Virus record (IMG/VR): IMGVR_UViG_3300018080_000110
Coordinates: 64,001-128,000 of that record
Source: a virus
DNA length: 64,000 bases
Reading direction: 5' to 3' (one strand)
Below are positions 37,386-47,232 of the stretch, in pieces. Position 1 is the first letter of the stretch, and each line of letters starts with the position of its first letter. The notes beneath the pieces are model-generated. The model was not told the DNA's origin. It made no database searches and saw nothing but the letters and a program-made list of their open reading frames with translations. The position numbers and the translations under genes were made by a program.

Positions 37386-38353
37386 CTCAGCTCCTGCACC
37401 CCTTCTCGTACGCCGTGCACCATGTCAGGCACCCAACCGAAGGTCGCCCCGGTACCCAGGCCAGTCAAGGCACCCCTGAGCATCTTCCCACGGCGAGCTC
37501 CGAGCAGGGCGCCGATCCCTAGACCTGCTGCACCTCCTAGACCAGGGCCAGCTTTCCGTAGGAATCTCGTGACCTTGCCTGGCTCCTGCTCCTGGGCCTG
37601 GGCTATCTTGGACAGCTTTCTCTTGGATTTCACCAAGTTCCGCAATCGCTCCACAGAGACCCTAGAGATAGGCCCGAGGAACTTGGGGTCGTCGTAGTGC
37701 TTGAGGTAAGCCTCTTTGGCCTCCCTTTTACTCCGCACCCCTAAAATCACCTTGTCCTCGTCGTAGCCCTTGCCGTCATCCTTGCGTTGGTGGACCACGA
37801 AGGCATCGGGAGCCTCTTTGTCGGGGCCGACGAAAACATCAACGGGCTCTCCGTCGGCGCCCCTGGTGCCTACAAGGTATCCGTAGGGCATCCTCATCTT
37901 CGTGCGCCACTCATGGCCATTTGAGTCCTTGCCCTTCCTCACGCTGCCTTTGCGGTTCTCGATGGCGATCTGCAGGCCCTGGACGTTGTCGTGGCCTTGG
38001 AGCTTGTAGGCCAGCTTCGTAGCCATCTCCTTCGACTTGGACTTGCGGGACAAGATCTTGTCCCATTGCTTTGGTGTCACGCCTTCTGGTGGAGGGGGCT
38101 CAGCTTCTTTGGTCATCGCGATCTTGTCCCGCACCCAAGGAAGCTTAGGGTACGAAGCTGTACGCCCCTCACGTTGCCCAACCGGGCCTATCTCAGTCCA
38201 GCTCGAGCCCTTTATCTTGCCGATGTTGTGGACGCGCTTCAAGGTCGGGACGATCGAAGAGTTGGGCGTCGCGTAAAGGTCGTCAATGTCACCACCCAGC
38301 TGCCCTATCTTCTCCAGCTCGTCGAAGAATCTTTCTAGAGACTGTCGATCCAC
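37382..38353 (-). CDS. InPase (inorganic-pyrophosphatase-like) domain protein with FFDELEKIG leader and C-terminal glycine zipper
   Basis: GLQIAIENRKGSVR.G.D..G.EW...M...YGY..GT.GADGEPVDVFVGP...FVVHQ....YDEDKVILG...EAKEAYL. Confidence 0.8.
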   Translation of the reverse strand: MDRQSLERFFDELEKIGQLGGDIDDLYATPNSSIVPTLKRVHNIGKIKGSSWTEIGPVGQREGRTASYPKLPWVRDKIAMTKEAEPPPPEGVTPKQWDKILSRKSKSKEMATKLAYKLQGHDNVQGLQIAIENRKGSVRKGKDSNGHEWRTKMRMPYGYLVGTRGADGEPVDVFVGPDKEAPDAFVVHQRKDDGKGYDEDKVILGVRSKREAKEAYLKHYDDPKFLGPISRVSVERLRNLVKSKRKLSKIAQAQEQEPGKVTRFLRKAGPGLGGAAGLGIGALLGARRGKMLRGALTGLGTGATFGWVPDMVHGVREGVQELR

Positions 38354-38661
38354 GATGCCACCTCGTCTATGGGCTTCTTCTTGACTTCCTCAAACTCAGC
38401 CCGCTGCTCGTCGGTCATCGCCGCGAGCTTTTCCCCGTGCTTCTCCTCGAGCTCTTCTAACGCCTTTTCCTTGTTGTCTATGGCGTCGTTGGTGTCCTTG
38501 ATAGCCTGGTCTGCGGCATCATTGGTCGTGGAAGAGTTCACATCGTCGGGAGGAGACTTGGTCCACCAGAGATACCATCCCAGTAGAGCGAGACAGATCC
38601 CTACAGGGAAGACGATCCACTTCCAGTTCTTCTTCAGCCACTCCCAAACCTTGACCATCAC
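38335..38661 (-). CDS. Single-TM coiled-coil protein, i-spanin-like topology
   Basis: N-terminal TM (WIVFPVGICLALLGWYLW) then a helical charged region. Confidence 0.6.
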   Translation of the reverse strand: MMVKVWEWLKKNWKWIVFPVGICLALLGWYLWWTKSPPDDVNSSTTNDAADQAIKDTNDAIDNKEKALEELEEKHGEKLAAMTDEQRAEFEEVKKKPIDEVASWIDSL

Positions 38662-38666
38662 TTCTC

Positions 38667-38933
38667 CTACGCAGCCAGACGAAGAACACGCTTGAGCAAA
38701 CCTGGCTTCGTTGCCTTCTTGGCCACTCGACCCTGCATCGCGCGATGTCGAGCAACAGCAGGAGCCATCTGCTTCTTGACAGCTTGCTGCCTCTTCCAGT
38801 CGGCATGACCGATGGAGTAGGCCTCTGGGGTCATCCGCCCCGCGCCACGTTGGATGGCGGCCTCAAACTGCGGTGTAGATCTCGCGATCTTCTGTAGCTC
38901 GTCAAAGAACGCACTCCTCGTCCAGTCGTTCAT
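38667..38933 (-). CDS. Small basic protein with AFFDELQKIA leader
   Basis: Leader shared with the 14577, 37382 and 2139 ORFs. Confidence 0.7.
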   Translation of the reverse strand: MNDWTRSAFFDELQKIARSTPQFEAAIQRGAGRMTPEAYSIGHADWKRQQAVKKQMAPAVARHRAMQGRVAKKATKPGLLKRVLRLAA

Positions 38934-38934
38934 C

Positions 38935-39288
38935 TTAAGACTCCTTCTCGGGGAACTTGACGCCCGCCTTCTCCAGGGCGCCTTTGACGATCTGGAAGAC
39001 CTTGTCAGCTAGCCACCCAGCCACTAGACCAAACATGATCTTGGTGGCTAGGGATGAGGTGGCCATCTCTGGTAGGGGCACACCGGGGATGAAACACAGA
39101 CCTACAGAAAGTGGGTACGGCAGTACGGGCTGTAGAGACTTCCATACACCATGATGTGCAAAACCCCCTACGATCTTCCCATCCTTCTTCTTGGTGCCGA
39201 TTCTCTTGATCGTGCTTAGCACGACAAACGTGCAGAACGAGATCAACACGATTTGCCAACCCAAGAACATGTCTACGATCTTATCCAT
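38935..39288 (-). CDS. Holin-like membrane protein
   Basis: 117 aa, 2-3 hydrophobic helices, charged C-terminus, next to spanin-like genes. Confidence 0.55.
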   Translation of the reverse strand: MDKIVDMFLGWQIVLISFCTFVVLSTIKRIGTKKKDGKIVGGFAHHGVWKSLQPVLPYPLSVGLCFIPGVPLPEMATSSLATKIMFGLVAGWLADKVFQIVKGALEKAGVKFPEKES

Positions 39289-39314
39289 GGCGTACTCCCT
39301 AATCCTAATGAGTC

Positions 39315-42300
39315 TTAAACATTGTTCTTGTTCAATGGATCGTTGTCAGAGGCAGTCTCGTAAAGATGCCCACCCCCAACAATGAAGGTGGCTGCGCTTG
39401 TCATCACGTTCCCAATCACAGCTCCACCAGATCCAGACTGTACGGCAAAAGCGTGCCGGCCACAGTAATTCCCCATCACAACACACTCGTCTGCGTTAGT
39501 TCCGATAATGGAGTTGTATCCGCTAGCATCGTCTGCAGTCTCAGAATCTCCGCCGATCCAGTTTCCCATGACAATCGACGCGTCAGCGTTGATCATGTCG
39601 ATGGCGTAAAATTGATCCGGGCCGGCAGTTCCGTTGTCCCCATGGAACTTCAGGAAGTTGTTGCAGCACGAACAGTTGGCGTTTAGCACAATGGCCTTGT
39701 AGTGCGCCAGCGTCGTCTTCCCGTCAACCAGGTCTTGGAAGATGTAGTTGCTGGAGACAACGATGTGCTCGACGGCGCAATTGATGATGGCCTGAACCGC
39801 GCTGCCGCCATCGTTGGACGAGCCGTAAGAGTCGACGAAAGAGTTCCCACTGATGACTCCGCTGCCCCCCATGTAGATGATGTTGGAAGCAGTGTCTGCA
39901 CTAGGATCGTCCCCGCACTCGACGAACGAGTTGTTGGAGATGATCAATCCTTCATAGTCTGTAGCGAAGTTCTGCACGTAGAGCGTAGCAGAAGTGGACC
40001 CCTGACCCTTGCTGCCTCGGATCACATTTCCATCTACCGTCACGCCATAGGGCAAAACACTGCCAGACTCAGCGATGTGGATCGCCCTCCCTAGCCAACG
40101 TGTCCCGTCACCGAAGGAGTTCGAGCTCACCGTAACTCCACCGAACCCGGCAATGTAGAGGCACGCGAAACCAGCAGCGCTGACACCGTCAAAGTGATTG
40201 CCGGAGAAAACGAAATGGTGGTCTGTAGAGACAGATCCCGAGTTGTGAAGGTACACGCCGTGCTCGTCAGCAGAACCGAAGTAGTTCCCGACAACACAAG
40301 ACCCGTACAGCTTCTCCATGTAGATCCAGGTGTCCGGTTCTACAGATCTGGAAAACAAGTTGGCCTCGACGCGACACTGTCCAGCCTCTGCGTGGATAGC
40401 GTAACCAGAGCCAGTGTGTCCTGCGATGAAGACATTGTTCTCGATCAAACAGAAGTCGTCTTCGGTGTCGGTTCCCTGGTAGTGGATGCAAGGCGTATCG
40501 TTAGGCGTGTAGTCCCAACTGTCGATGTAGTTGTTCCTGATTACAGCCGAGACGACGCCTCCAGTAGGGAAGAGCGCAAAGTACTCTTCGATGTAGTAGG
40601 CAAAGTTGCCTTCCACGTATACTCCACGGATGTCATTGTCCGTCAGCAGAAAGCTCGTGCAGTTGTACACGTGGTTCTTGGAAATACGTGTCCACGAATT
40701 CTGATGGAGGGAAACGCTGAGCTCGAGGGAGAACGGAACCAATACCGCGTTGAACGTGTTCCCTCTGGCGACGAGCTTCATCGTCGTATTGGCACCGGAC
40801 ATCTCGTCGAAGCTGATGCCCTTACCCGCAGTGAGGAAGTAGTTGTTCTCGAAGTTAAGAACAAACTCCCCAGACCCCGACGCGCGATAGGGAAGTACGC
40901 CGTCCGACGCGGTGTTGAGAATGAATACGTTTCCGTGAAGATGCGAGTTGTGCCCGACCCGCACGGCGTTGGTCACGTTGGCGTCACCGATAAAGTAGCA
41001 GTCGTCAATCCAAAGACTGTCACCAACGTGGGTGATCAATCCGTCTGGGCGTGTCCCTCCCAAACCATTCGCGTCGATCACACACTTCTCAATGTGTGTG
41101 AACGTCCACTTGCCAGTGGTGAGAGAGTCTAGCAAACCGCCAACGTTGTGCCCCGAAAGCGTACCGCAGTTGCGGATGTGGATGTACCCTACGGCAGTGG
41201 AGTCCGCCAGAAACACCACCTTGTACGAATCGGTGCCCGCTTGAGCGAAAAAGATGTTCTCGAATCTGCTGCTAGATCCCGGCCGGTAGAAACAACTGAC
41301 CTGGTTGTCTGCTCCAGACATGGAAGCAGCCACCATCGTCAGGTTCTTGAACACTACTTGGTTGAGACCACAGTCGATCGCGGAAACAGTCTCGTCGTCG
41401 GTGGTGAAAATCTGGGACGTAGTCTGGTCGTCACCTTCGATGACGCAGCTACCGCGAATCACAAGCTGCGCAGCAGTCGCATCAACAGCCCCAATGATCC
41501 TGATCCTAGGAGGAGCCGTGGTCGGCGTGAGACCAACAGAACGTATGAGCGTGATGAAGTCTAGAGCTTCTTGAAGACGGTTGTTGGCAAAGTCGCAGTC
41601 ACCGACACCAACAGTGACCACCATGCCGTTTGTTCTGCCGTCGTGAAGACGACGCACGTCGTACTTTTGCACGAACGAGGCGCCGATCCAGTAGTAGTAA
41701 TACAACGGGATGTGCGCCATCGTGAGTGAGGCAGATGCTACTTCCTCGATCAGACCAGTTCCGGTATTGATCGCTAACCAACTTTGCTGACTATCTGTCG
41801 CGTTCAACGAATCTGCAGCGACGACGATACGGTCACCGTTGGGGGAGATGTAATACATCTCAGCCCAAGAGATCTCTCCCGTGGCGTCGGTGAAAGTGAT
41901 GGAGGCGTTATTCAACAACCCCATACCCACGGCGCCGTTCAAAACTGCCGTCTTACTGTTGAGAGACGTCAGGACAGAAGTGTGATCTCCTCCCAGGGCA
42001 GAATCCCCATCATTCAGTGACAAGTACCCGCCGAGGTGAGTGTCCCTGAACTGAACCTCGTTGGAGGAAAGCAAATTGAGGTGTGCAGGAGAAGCCCCAG
42101 TAGCCTCGAGGGTGAGCGCCACCCCGCTAGCACCCCTAACGCGCTCCACTACATCCAAGAGGTTATTGTCGAGATCGAAGTTCCCTGTAGCCTTCCTGCT
42201 ACCGTCTTTCAAGAAAGACCCAGCGTGGATCTCTCCAACAGATCGACAGAATCCGCGGAACCACGAGTCGCGAACATTTGTGTCTGTCGTGAGCTCGTCC

Positions 42301-42872
42301 AACGTAGCGGCCCGACCGAAAGCCAACCAGACAACGGTCCCGTCAGGAATGGTGTAGTTCGCGCCCAGCGCCCCCGTGACGGGATCTACCTTTCTGAAGG
42401 TAACGATAGGGTTGGTAGAGAACCCAGACCCGACCTGGCTGACGCTGAGAGCGTCTTTGATTTCCCGGACTACGATCTTGTCTCCGGTCGTTGGGTCGAT
42501 CAGATCGTTGTACTTCTCATCCAGTACACTGATCAAAGAATCACGGACACTTTGATCTTCGGGGGTGTAGAATGTGTCTCCGCACCACACATCGGCAGAA
42601 AACGTGTACTCGTCGCCGTTTCCTCCCGCAGGAGTGAAAGTGACAAAGTCCGGGCGGGCGATCTGTTCCTCCATCCGCTCCTGGATGTACTCGTCGTTCT
42701 TACCGAGGGCATAGAGCCCTCTGTTGACCGCCGAAGAGAGACCGTCCTCTCCAAACTCTACTGCGCGACTTCCGGCTGCCCCGGGGGAGTCTGCGGCAAC
42801 AACTTGAGGCGAGCCCGGGTAGAAGAGATCTCCCGCGCTACTGTCACCAAGAGGATGTGGAAGGTTGGACAT
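39315..42872 (-). CDS. Tail fibre/tailspike with a long right-handed parallel beta-helix
   Basis: Repeating (I/V)xxNxF pattern over ~700 C-terminal residues; VTVGVGDCDF..LQEALD entry motif. Confidence 0.8.
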   Translation of the reverse strand: MSNLPHPLGDSSAGDLFYPGSPQVVAADSPGAAGSRAVEFGEDGLSSAVNRGLYALGKNDEYIQERMEEQIARPDFVTFTPAGGNGDEYTFSADVWCGDTFYTPEDQSVRDSLISVLDEKYNDLIDPTTGDKIVVREIKDALSVSQVGSGFSTNPIVTFRKVDPVTGALGANYTIPDGTVVWLAFGRAATLDELTTDTNVRDSWFRGFCRSVGEIHAGSFLKDGSRKATGNFDLDNNLLDVVERVRGASGVALTLEATGASPAHLNLLSSNEVQFRDTHLGGYLSLNDGDSALGGDHTSVLTSLNSKTAVLNGAVGMGLLNNASITFTDATGEISWAEMYYISPNGDRIVVAADSLNATDSQQSWLAINTGTGLIEEVASASLTMAHIPLYYYYWIGASFVQKYDVRRLHDGRTNGMVVTVGVGDCDFANNRLQEALDFITLIRSVGLTPTTAPPRIRIIGAVDATAAQLVIRGSCVIEGDDQTTSQIFTTDDETVSAIDCGLNQVVFKNLTMVAASMSGADNQVSCFYRPGSSSRFENIFFAQAGTDSYKVVFLADSTAVGYIHIRNCGTLSGHNVGGLLDSLTTGKWTFTHIEKCVIDANGLGGTRPDGLITHVGDSLWIDDCYFIGDANVTNAVRVGHNSHLHGNVFILNTASDGVLPYRASGSGEFVLNFENNYFLTAGKGISFDEMSGANTTMKLVARGNTFNAVLVPFSLELSVSLHQNSWTRISKNHVYNCTSFLLTDNDIRGVYVEGNFAYYIEEYFALFPTGGVVSAVIRNNYIDSWDYTPNDTPCIHYQGTDTEDDFCLIENNVFIAGHTGSGYAIHAEAGQCRVEANLFSRSVEPDTWIYMEKLYGSCVVGNYFGSADEHGVYLHNSGSVSTDHHFVFSGNHFDGVSAAGFACLYIAGFGGVTVSSNSFGDGTRWLGRAIHIAESGSVLPYGVTVDGNVIRGSKGQGSTSATLYVQNFATDYEGLIISNNSFVECGDDPSADTASNIIYMGGSGVISGNSFVDSYGSSNDGGSAVQAIINCAVEHIVVSSNYIFQDLVDGKTTLAHYKAIVLNANCSCCNNFLKFHGDNGTAGPDQFYAIDMINADASIVMGNWIGGDSETADDASGYNSIIGTNADECVVMGNYCGRHAFAVQSGSGGAVIGNVMTSAATFIVGGGHLYETASDNDPLNKNNV

Positions 42873-42884
42873 CTGTCTCTCCTA

Positions 42885-43607
42885 TCAGAACCTAAGTTCC
42901 CACCGGATCTCGAGTGAGAAAGAAGTTGTTTTCGGGATCGCCTCGAAGGTGTTATAGGCCACCAACTGTTGTCTTCCGGCACCCACATAGCTAGGTGGGT
43001 TACCGGCGTCATAGACGTTAGCGGCTTCTGGATCTTGGGTAGCTATGAACAGACCGACTTCTGAAAGGGGGACCACTGAGTAGGAGGGAACGTTCGCCTC
43101 GTTAACGTCGGTGGTATCGAACAGGTGGTCAAACCGAACTGTGCGGCTGCTGTTCAGAAACGTGACGGGTGTGATCACTGGAGCGAGCCACGTGTAAGGG
43201 TTTGCATCCAAGTTGATCTTCACGGGACGCTCAAGGTGCGTTACCGTGAGGTCGTCATCTGATTGGGCGTTACCCGTATTACCGGGAACCCCAGATGGGT
43301 CTGCTGGAGGGTAGTCAGTACTGAGCGGTGACGCGTACGCTGAAGGATGCGTTTGGCTATCCCCGCCGATACCCACTCCCATGAATTTGATGAACTCTCT
43401 GTTGCCGGCGCTCTCAGCGTAGTGGTCGTCCAGAGCAGTATTCGGCGCCACTACACGAGCTAGATACTCTCGACCGAGATCTACCCAGATATTGTGAGAG
43501 TGTCGGCAATGACGAGGGACAATCTTCCCGCGTTCTCGCGCAGTGATTGTCACGTTAGCCGGGATCAAAAGCCCCTTTGGTTTTAGCGGGTAGTCTCGAA
43601 GTTTCAT
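42885..43607 (-). CDS. Tail/baseplate fibre-attachment-like protein
   Basis: HNIWVDLGREYLA...MGVGIGG...LSEVGLF...LVAYNTF..IPKT..FSLEIRWELRF. Confidence 0.65.
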   Translation of the reverse strand: MKLRDYPLKPKGLLIPANVTITARERGKIVPRHCRHSHNIWVDLGREYLARVVAPNTALDDHYAESAGNREFIKFMGVGIGGDSQTHPSAYASPLSTDYPPADPSGVPGNTGNAQSDDDLTVTHLERPVKINLDANPYTWLAPVITPVTFLNSSRTVRFDHLFDTTDVNEANVPSYSVVPLSEVGLFIATQDPEAANVYDAGNPPSYVGAGRQQLVAYNTFEAIPKTTSFSLEIRWELRF

Positions 43608-43623
43608 TGCTTTCTCCGGAACC

Positions 43624-43652
43624 AGTCTATGATCTCTTCACCGCAAAGACAA
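43624..43652 (-). promoter_or_regulatory. sigma70-like promoter TTGTCT-N17-TAGACT
   Basis: Fills the short gap upstream of the 43607 start. Confidence 0.4.
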
Positions 43653-43656
43653 GTGT

Positions 43657-46600
43657 CTACAATACCTTGCCACGCGTGTACCACCCAGCTGAATATGGAG
43701 TGTCGAACTGAATGGTCCCTACCGGCGTTCCGTACGGTCCTCCGCTGGGTGGAGGAGATCCCAAAGGCCCGGACAAAGGAACAACGTCACCCCCGCCACC
43801 ATCGTCAAACGCCCAAAGCCAGTCAAAAGGAAAGACCCCTCCAGCCCAGTAGGCGCTCAAAATACCGGTGATCTCCATGTCTGGGCACAGAGCCTTCTTG
43901 TCGTAGAGGAACTCAGGTTTGGCACTACCACCGTGCGGAACCCCGTCAAAAGCCCAGTTGTAGTTACCCGACTCGTCCGTGTCGTCAAACCTGTACGCTC
44001 CCCCAGACCCTTGGTCTGTGATCTGTTTGGCGCAAGCCGGATGGTCATACAGGTAAAGCGTGCCCAGCTTCTCCAGGATATCTGGATCTGTGACACTGAT
44101 GGTGTCCCCGGGCACTCGTTTGAAGACGACCCACATAGGGAACGTGTAGCTAGGCTTGATCTTTTTGACGAAGTCTATGGCCAGAACCAAGTTCGCAATG
44201 CTGAACACGTCTATGTCAGCACGTACCAAAAAGCGGAAAAACTTGTCCACTTCTAGGAACACACCCTGTCCGTGATACCCCAACCACCAATCCGGGTCGT
44301 TTATCCAATCCAGGAGCTCGACACCTTGAGAGAGTGGTGAGAACTGATCTACGGTGTCTCCGACCTGGTACGGTTCCCCCGTGGAGGGATTGTCCGCGAT
44401 CATCGAGACGCCGTCTTCCTCAAAGTTGGCATTTCGAGGGATGAAGTAAGACCGTACAACTGCGTCGTCCGCACTATCTTGGATCAACATGCGGATGTAG
44501 TTGGCGTTGTACGTCTCGTTGATATCGGTGACTACTCCATCCACTTCAGCGAAGGGAAGGCCTAACAGGATTTGGATCCCTACCCTGACGCTCCACAATG
44601 ACGGACCATTGAAGAAGGCGTACCACAACCCTCTCACCGCGGATAGGTAGTCCAGATCGTCCGAGCTCTCCTCCATGTGCTCGATCAAGAACCCAATCGG
44701 CTTACCGTAGTTGTCCTCGATCATCGGTTTATTGTCGAGGAACGTTTGCTCCGCCCACAAGATATCCGGTGGCGGGTCGTCGAAGCTGTACAAGTCTTCA
44801 CGGAAATGTATCCCGCGCACGCCATCACTGTTAGTGCTGATGGTGTAATCCCGATTCTCCGATAAGAACTCTGGAGGGTCTAGGATGATTTCTTGTAGCC
44901 GCGGAATGCGCTCTACCAACTCATTCACTGGAATTGAGCTGACACGCTGCACACCGTGCAACGCGACATCGTACGAGGAGATGCTGCCTCCCGTGGCTTC
45001 GAACAACGGCCGCGCGTCGAATCCGATCTTTTTGTTTCTTACCCCGAGGACCTCGCACAGCACTTTGGTCGACGGGTCAGCGGCACTAGCCCTAACTTCC
45101 AAGATCAAGATGTCACCGACCGTGACTAACCTATCAGTGAAATCGGAGTTCACGGCCTCTACGGTCGAACAAACTTCCCAAGACTTACCGATCCCTTCCG
45201 TCAAATCTTGGCTGGCCGTGAGTTGATCTGTGCCAGCCACCTTCTTTATCTCGTAACCCGCACCGTCAAAGGACAAGACGCTGTTCTTTGAAGCGAACGA
45301 CGAGAAGTCCACCAGTGGGTCACTGGCCTTAAACGCGGTAAGCTGCGGATTGCTTGGATCGTGAACAGGATCGCTTTCCCCGTCCGTCCCACTGAGAGAG
45401 TTCTGGGTATCGTTCTCCGTGTCAAACCCCATCGTGCCATTAGCTGTACCGTCCTTGCTCACGACGAGCAGGCCGGAGTAGCTCAGTACCAGGTAGTCCA
45501 CGCCTCCGCTGTTGACCAAAGAAGCAGTCTTCGAGTACGCAGCCTCCTCGCCTAGATCTAGATTGATCTTGTCTACTATCTCTTGCGCGGTCATCGCCCC
45601 CGAGAGGGTGACCGTCACTTCGTCCCCGCCATCCTTAGAGATCAACAAAGTTTCGTCGCTAGCGAACGTCTTCCCGCCGTCGATATCCTTCACGACAGTC
45701 CCCCGCACTATCGTAAGCGTGATGTCGTCTCTATCCTCTTGCGGCTCGGTGTACAACGTACGGTAGTCGAGCCACCGACGTTGAAACTGTCGCTGGATAT
45801 CCACCAGGCTCTTAGCGTAGTCCAGCTGCCAAGCTGTCAACAAAATGTTGGAGGCGACTTGTGCGAACCCAGACCACATGGTCGTGATTGGATCTCGGTC
45901 ATCGAAGAGGTTCCAGGCGTCGGAGAGGTAATCCCAGATGAAGTTCACATCGGGGACATAACCGAAAGCGACGTTACTGGGAGCGATGTTCGTCAGACCC
46001 TGCGCAGGCAGGCTGTCTAGACTCCCATCGTTCACGACCAGTTGTAGTCCGTACAGCCCCTCCACATCCGGAATGGCTGTGGGGGAAGGGGCGGTTGGGT
46101 CGTTGTAGAACGTGTCGGAGAAGTAGAGGTCCCAGGTTTGATCAGACAAATTGATCGGCAATGCGTCCAGTGTGACACGCAGCTTGTTGTTATCCCAACC
46201 TCCTCCTCGCTCGTACTTCCCGGTCGTCGCGTTGAGGGTCCAATCGGTGTCATCCACGATATACTGGCTATCGCCGACGACTAAAATGTCTCCTGGCTGT
46301 AAGCTGGGAGAGTTATCCACACTCCACGGCTCCCCCGTCTCTTCGAACCAAGCCGTGAAATCATCCCCGTCTAGATCGTCAACCGTGAAACCACCCGATC
46401 CACTTTGCCGATAGCTCGAGCCATCGGGAGCAGCGAAAAGCGTCCATCGATAAGTGAGGGGTTCACCTTCCGGGTCGTAGCTCGCCGTACCATCCAACGC
46501 AATGATGGAGCCCAGAACCGCAGTTTGGTCTCTGCCTGTGTCCGCAATCGGTTTTTGGTTAGGCACAACGAGCTCAAGACAGTTGCACCGGAGCTCATCG

Positions 46601-47232
46601 AACTTGATCAAAGTCGTGCTGCCAGCGTTACCCAATATCTCGATCCTGGCGCTGTCTGGAGTGCCCGCCGGGGTAATTGGTGCGGCTGTGGTGTAACGAA
46701 GTTGGTGACCTGTGACGTCTACCTCGTCAGACTTCGTGACGTATAGATCCATCACGTTGTTTTCGCCGTCCACGACCATGCGCAGGGTGTAGTAGTCGTC
46801 ACCCTCAAGAATGATGTTTTGGCTGCCCGCTATCGGCATAACGGTGTTACCGAAAGAGGAGACAATCGCCAGACCAGCCTGAGAGATCAAGATTCCCCCA
46901 GCATTGTCTTGCGCGTCAAACACAGCGATGAAGAAACGGCTTTGGGTCAAGTCGTCGAGATTGGTGGGCAACGACGTAGGCTTGAACGTAGTCTCGAAAG
47001 TGAACTTTTGCCCGATCGGCAAAGACATCGTCAGAATCGTAGCGATGGAATCATCGCTCATGAGGACTAGGTCGTTGTTTCCGTCGAGCGTCAACCATGG
47101 AGAACCTCTACTAGCTGTCACATCAGACAGCAGGAGGATATTCCCCATCTGCGCTCCGCCGATATCCATACAGGGCCAATCGGCACTGACCGGCATGGAG
47201 ACTGTGGTTGTGAACGAATAGGTAGCCATCAC
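43657..47232 (-). CDS. Large baseplate/tail structural protein with a split PKD-like domain
   Basis: NQKPIADTG.DQ...LDGTASYDPEG.PLTYRW ... GLY.LQLVVNDG..DS; C-terminal wedge-like FVKKIKPSYT. Confidence 0.7.
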   Translation of the reverse strand: MMATYSFTTTVSMPVSADWPCMDIGGAQMGNILLLSDVTASRGSPWLTLDGNNDLVLMSDDSIATILTMSLPIGQKFTFETTFKPTSLPTNLDDLTQSRFFIAVFDAQDNAGGILISQAGLAIVSSFGNTVMPIAGSQNIILEGDDYYTLRMVVDGENNVMDLYVTKSDEVDVTGHQLRYTTAAPITPAGTPDSARIEILGNAGSTTLIKFDELRCNCLELVVPNQKPIADTGRDQTAVLGSIIALDGTASYDPEGEPLTYRWTLFAAPDGSSYRQSGSGGFTVDDLDGDDFTAWFEETGEPWSVDNSPSLQPGDILVVGDSQYIVDDTDWTLNATTGKYERGGGWDNNKLRVTLDALPINLSDQTWDLYFSDTFYNDPTAPSPTAIPDVEGLYGLQLVVNDGSLDSLPAQGLTNIAPSNVAFGYVPDVNFIWDYLSDAWNLFDDRDPITTMWSGFAQVASNILLTAWQLDYAKSLVDIQRQFQRRWLDYRTLYTEPQEDRDDITLTIVRGTVVKDIDGGKTFASDETLLISKDGGDEVTVTLSGAMTAQEIVDKINLDLGEEAAYSKTASLVNSGGVDYLVLSYSGLLVVSKDGTANGTMGFDTENDTQNSLSGTDGESDPVHDPSNPQLTAFKASDPLVDFSSFASKNSVLSFDGAGYEIKKVAGTDQLTASQDLTEGIGKSWEVCSTVEAVNSDFTDRLVTVGDILILEVRASAADPSTKVLCEVLGVRNKKIGFDARPLFEATGGSISSYDVALHGVQRVSSIPVNELVERIPRLQEIILDPPEFLSENRDYTISTNSDGVRGIHFREDLYSFDDPPPDILWAEQTFLDNKPMIEDNYGKPIGFLIEHMEESSDDLDYLSAVRGLWYAFFNGPSLWSVRVGIQILLGLPFAEVDGVVTDINETYNANYIRMLIQDSADDAVVRSYFIPRNANFEEDGVSMIADNPSTGEPYQVGDTVDQFSPLSQGVELLDWINDPDWWLGYHGQGVFLEVDKFFRFLVRADIDVFSIANLVLAIDFVKKIKPSYTFPMWVVFKRVPGDTISVTDPDILEKLGTLYLYDHPACAKQITDQGSGGAYRFDDTDESGNYNWAFDGVPHGGSAKPEFLYDKKALCPDMEITGILSAYWAGGVFPFDWLWAFDDGGGGDVVPLSGPLGSPPPSGGPYGTPVGTIQFDTPYSAGWYTRGKVL

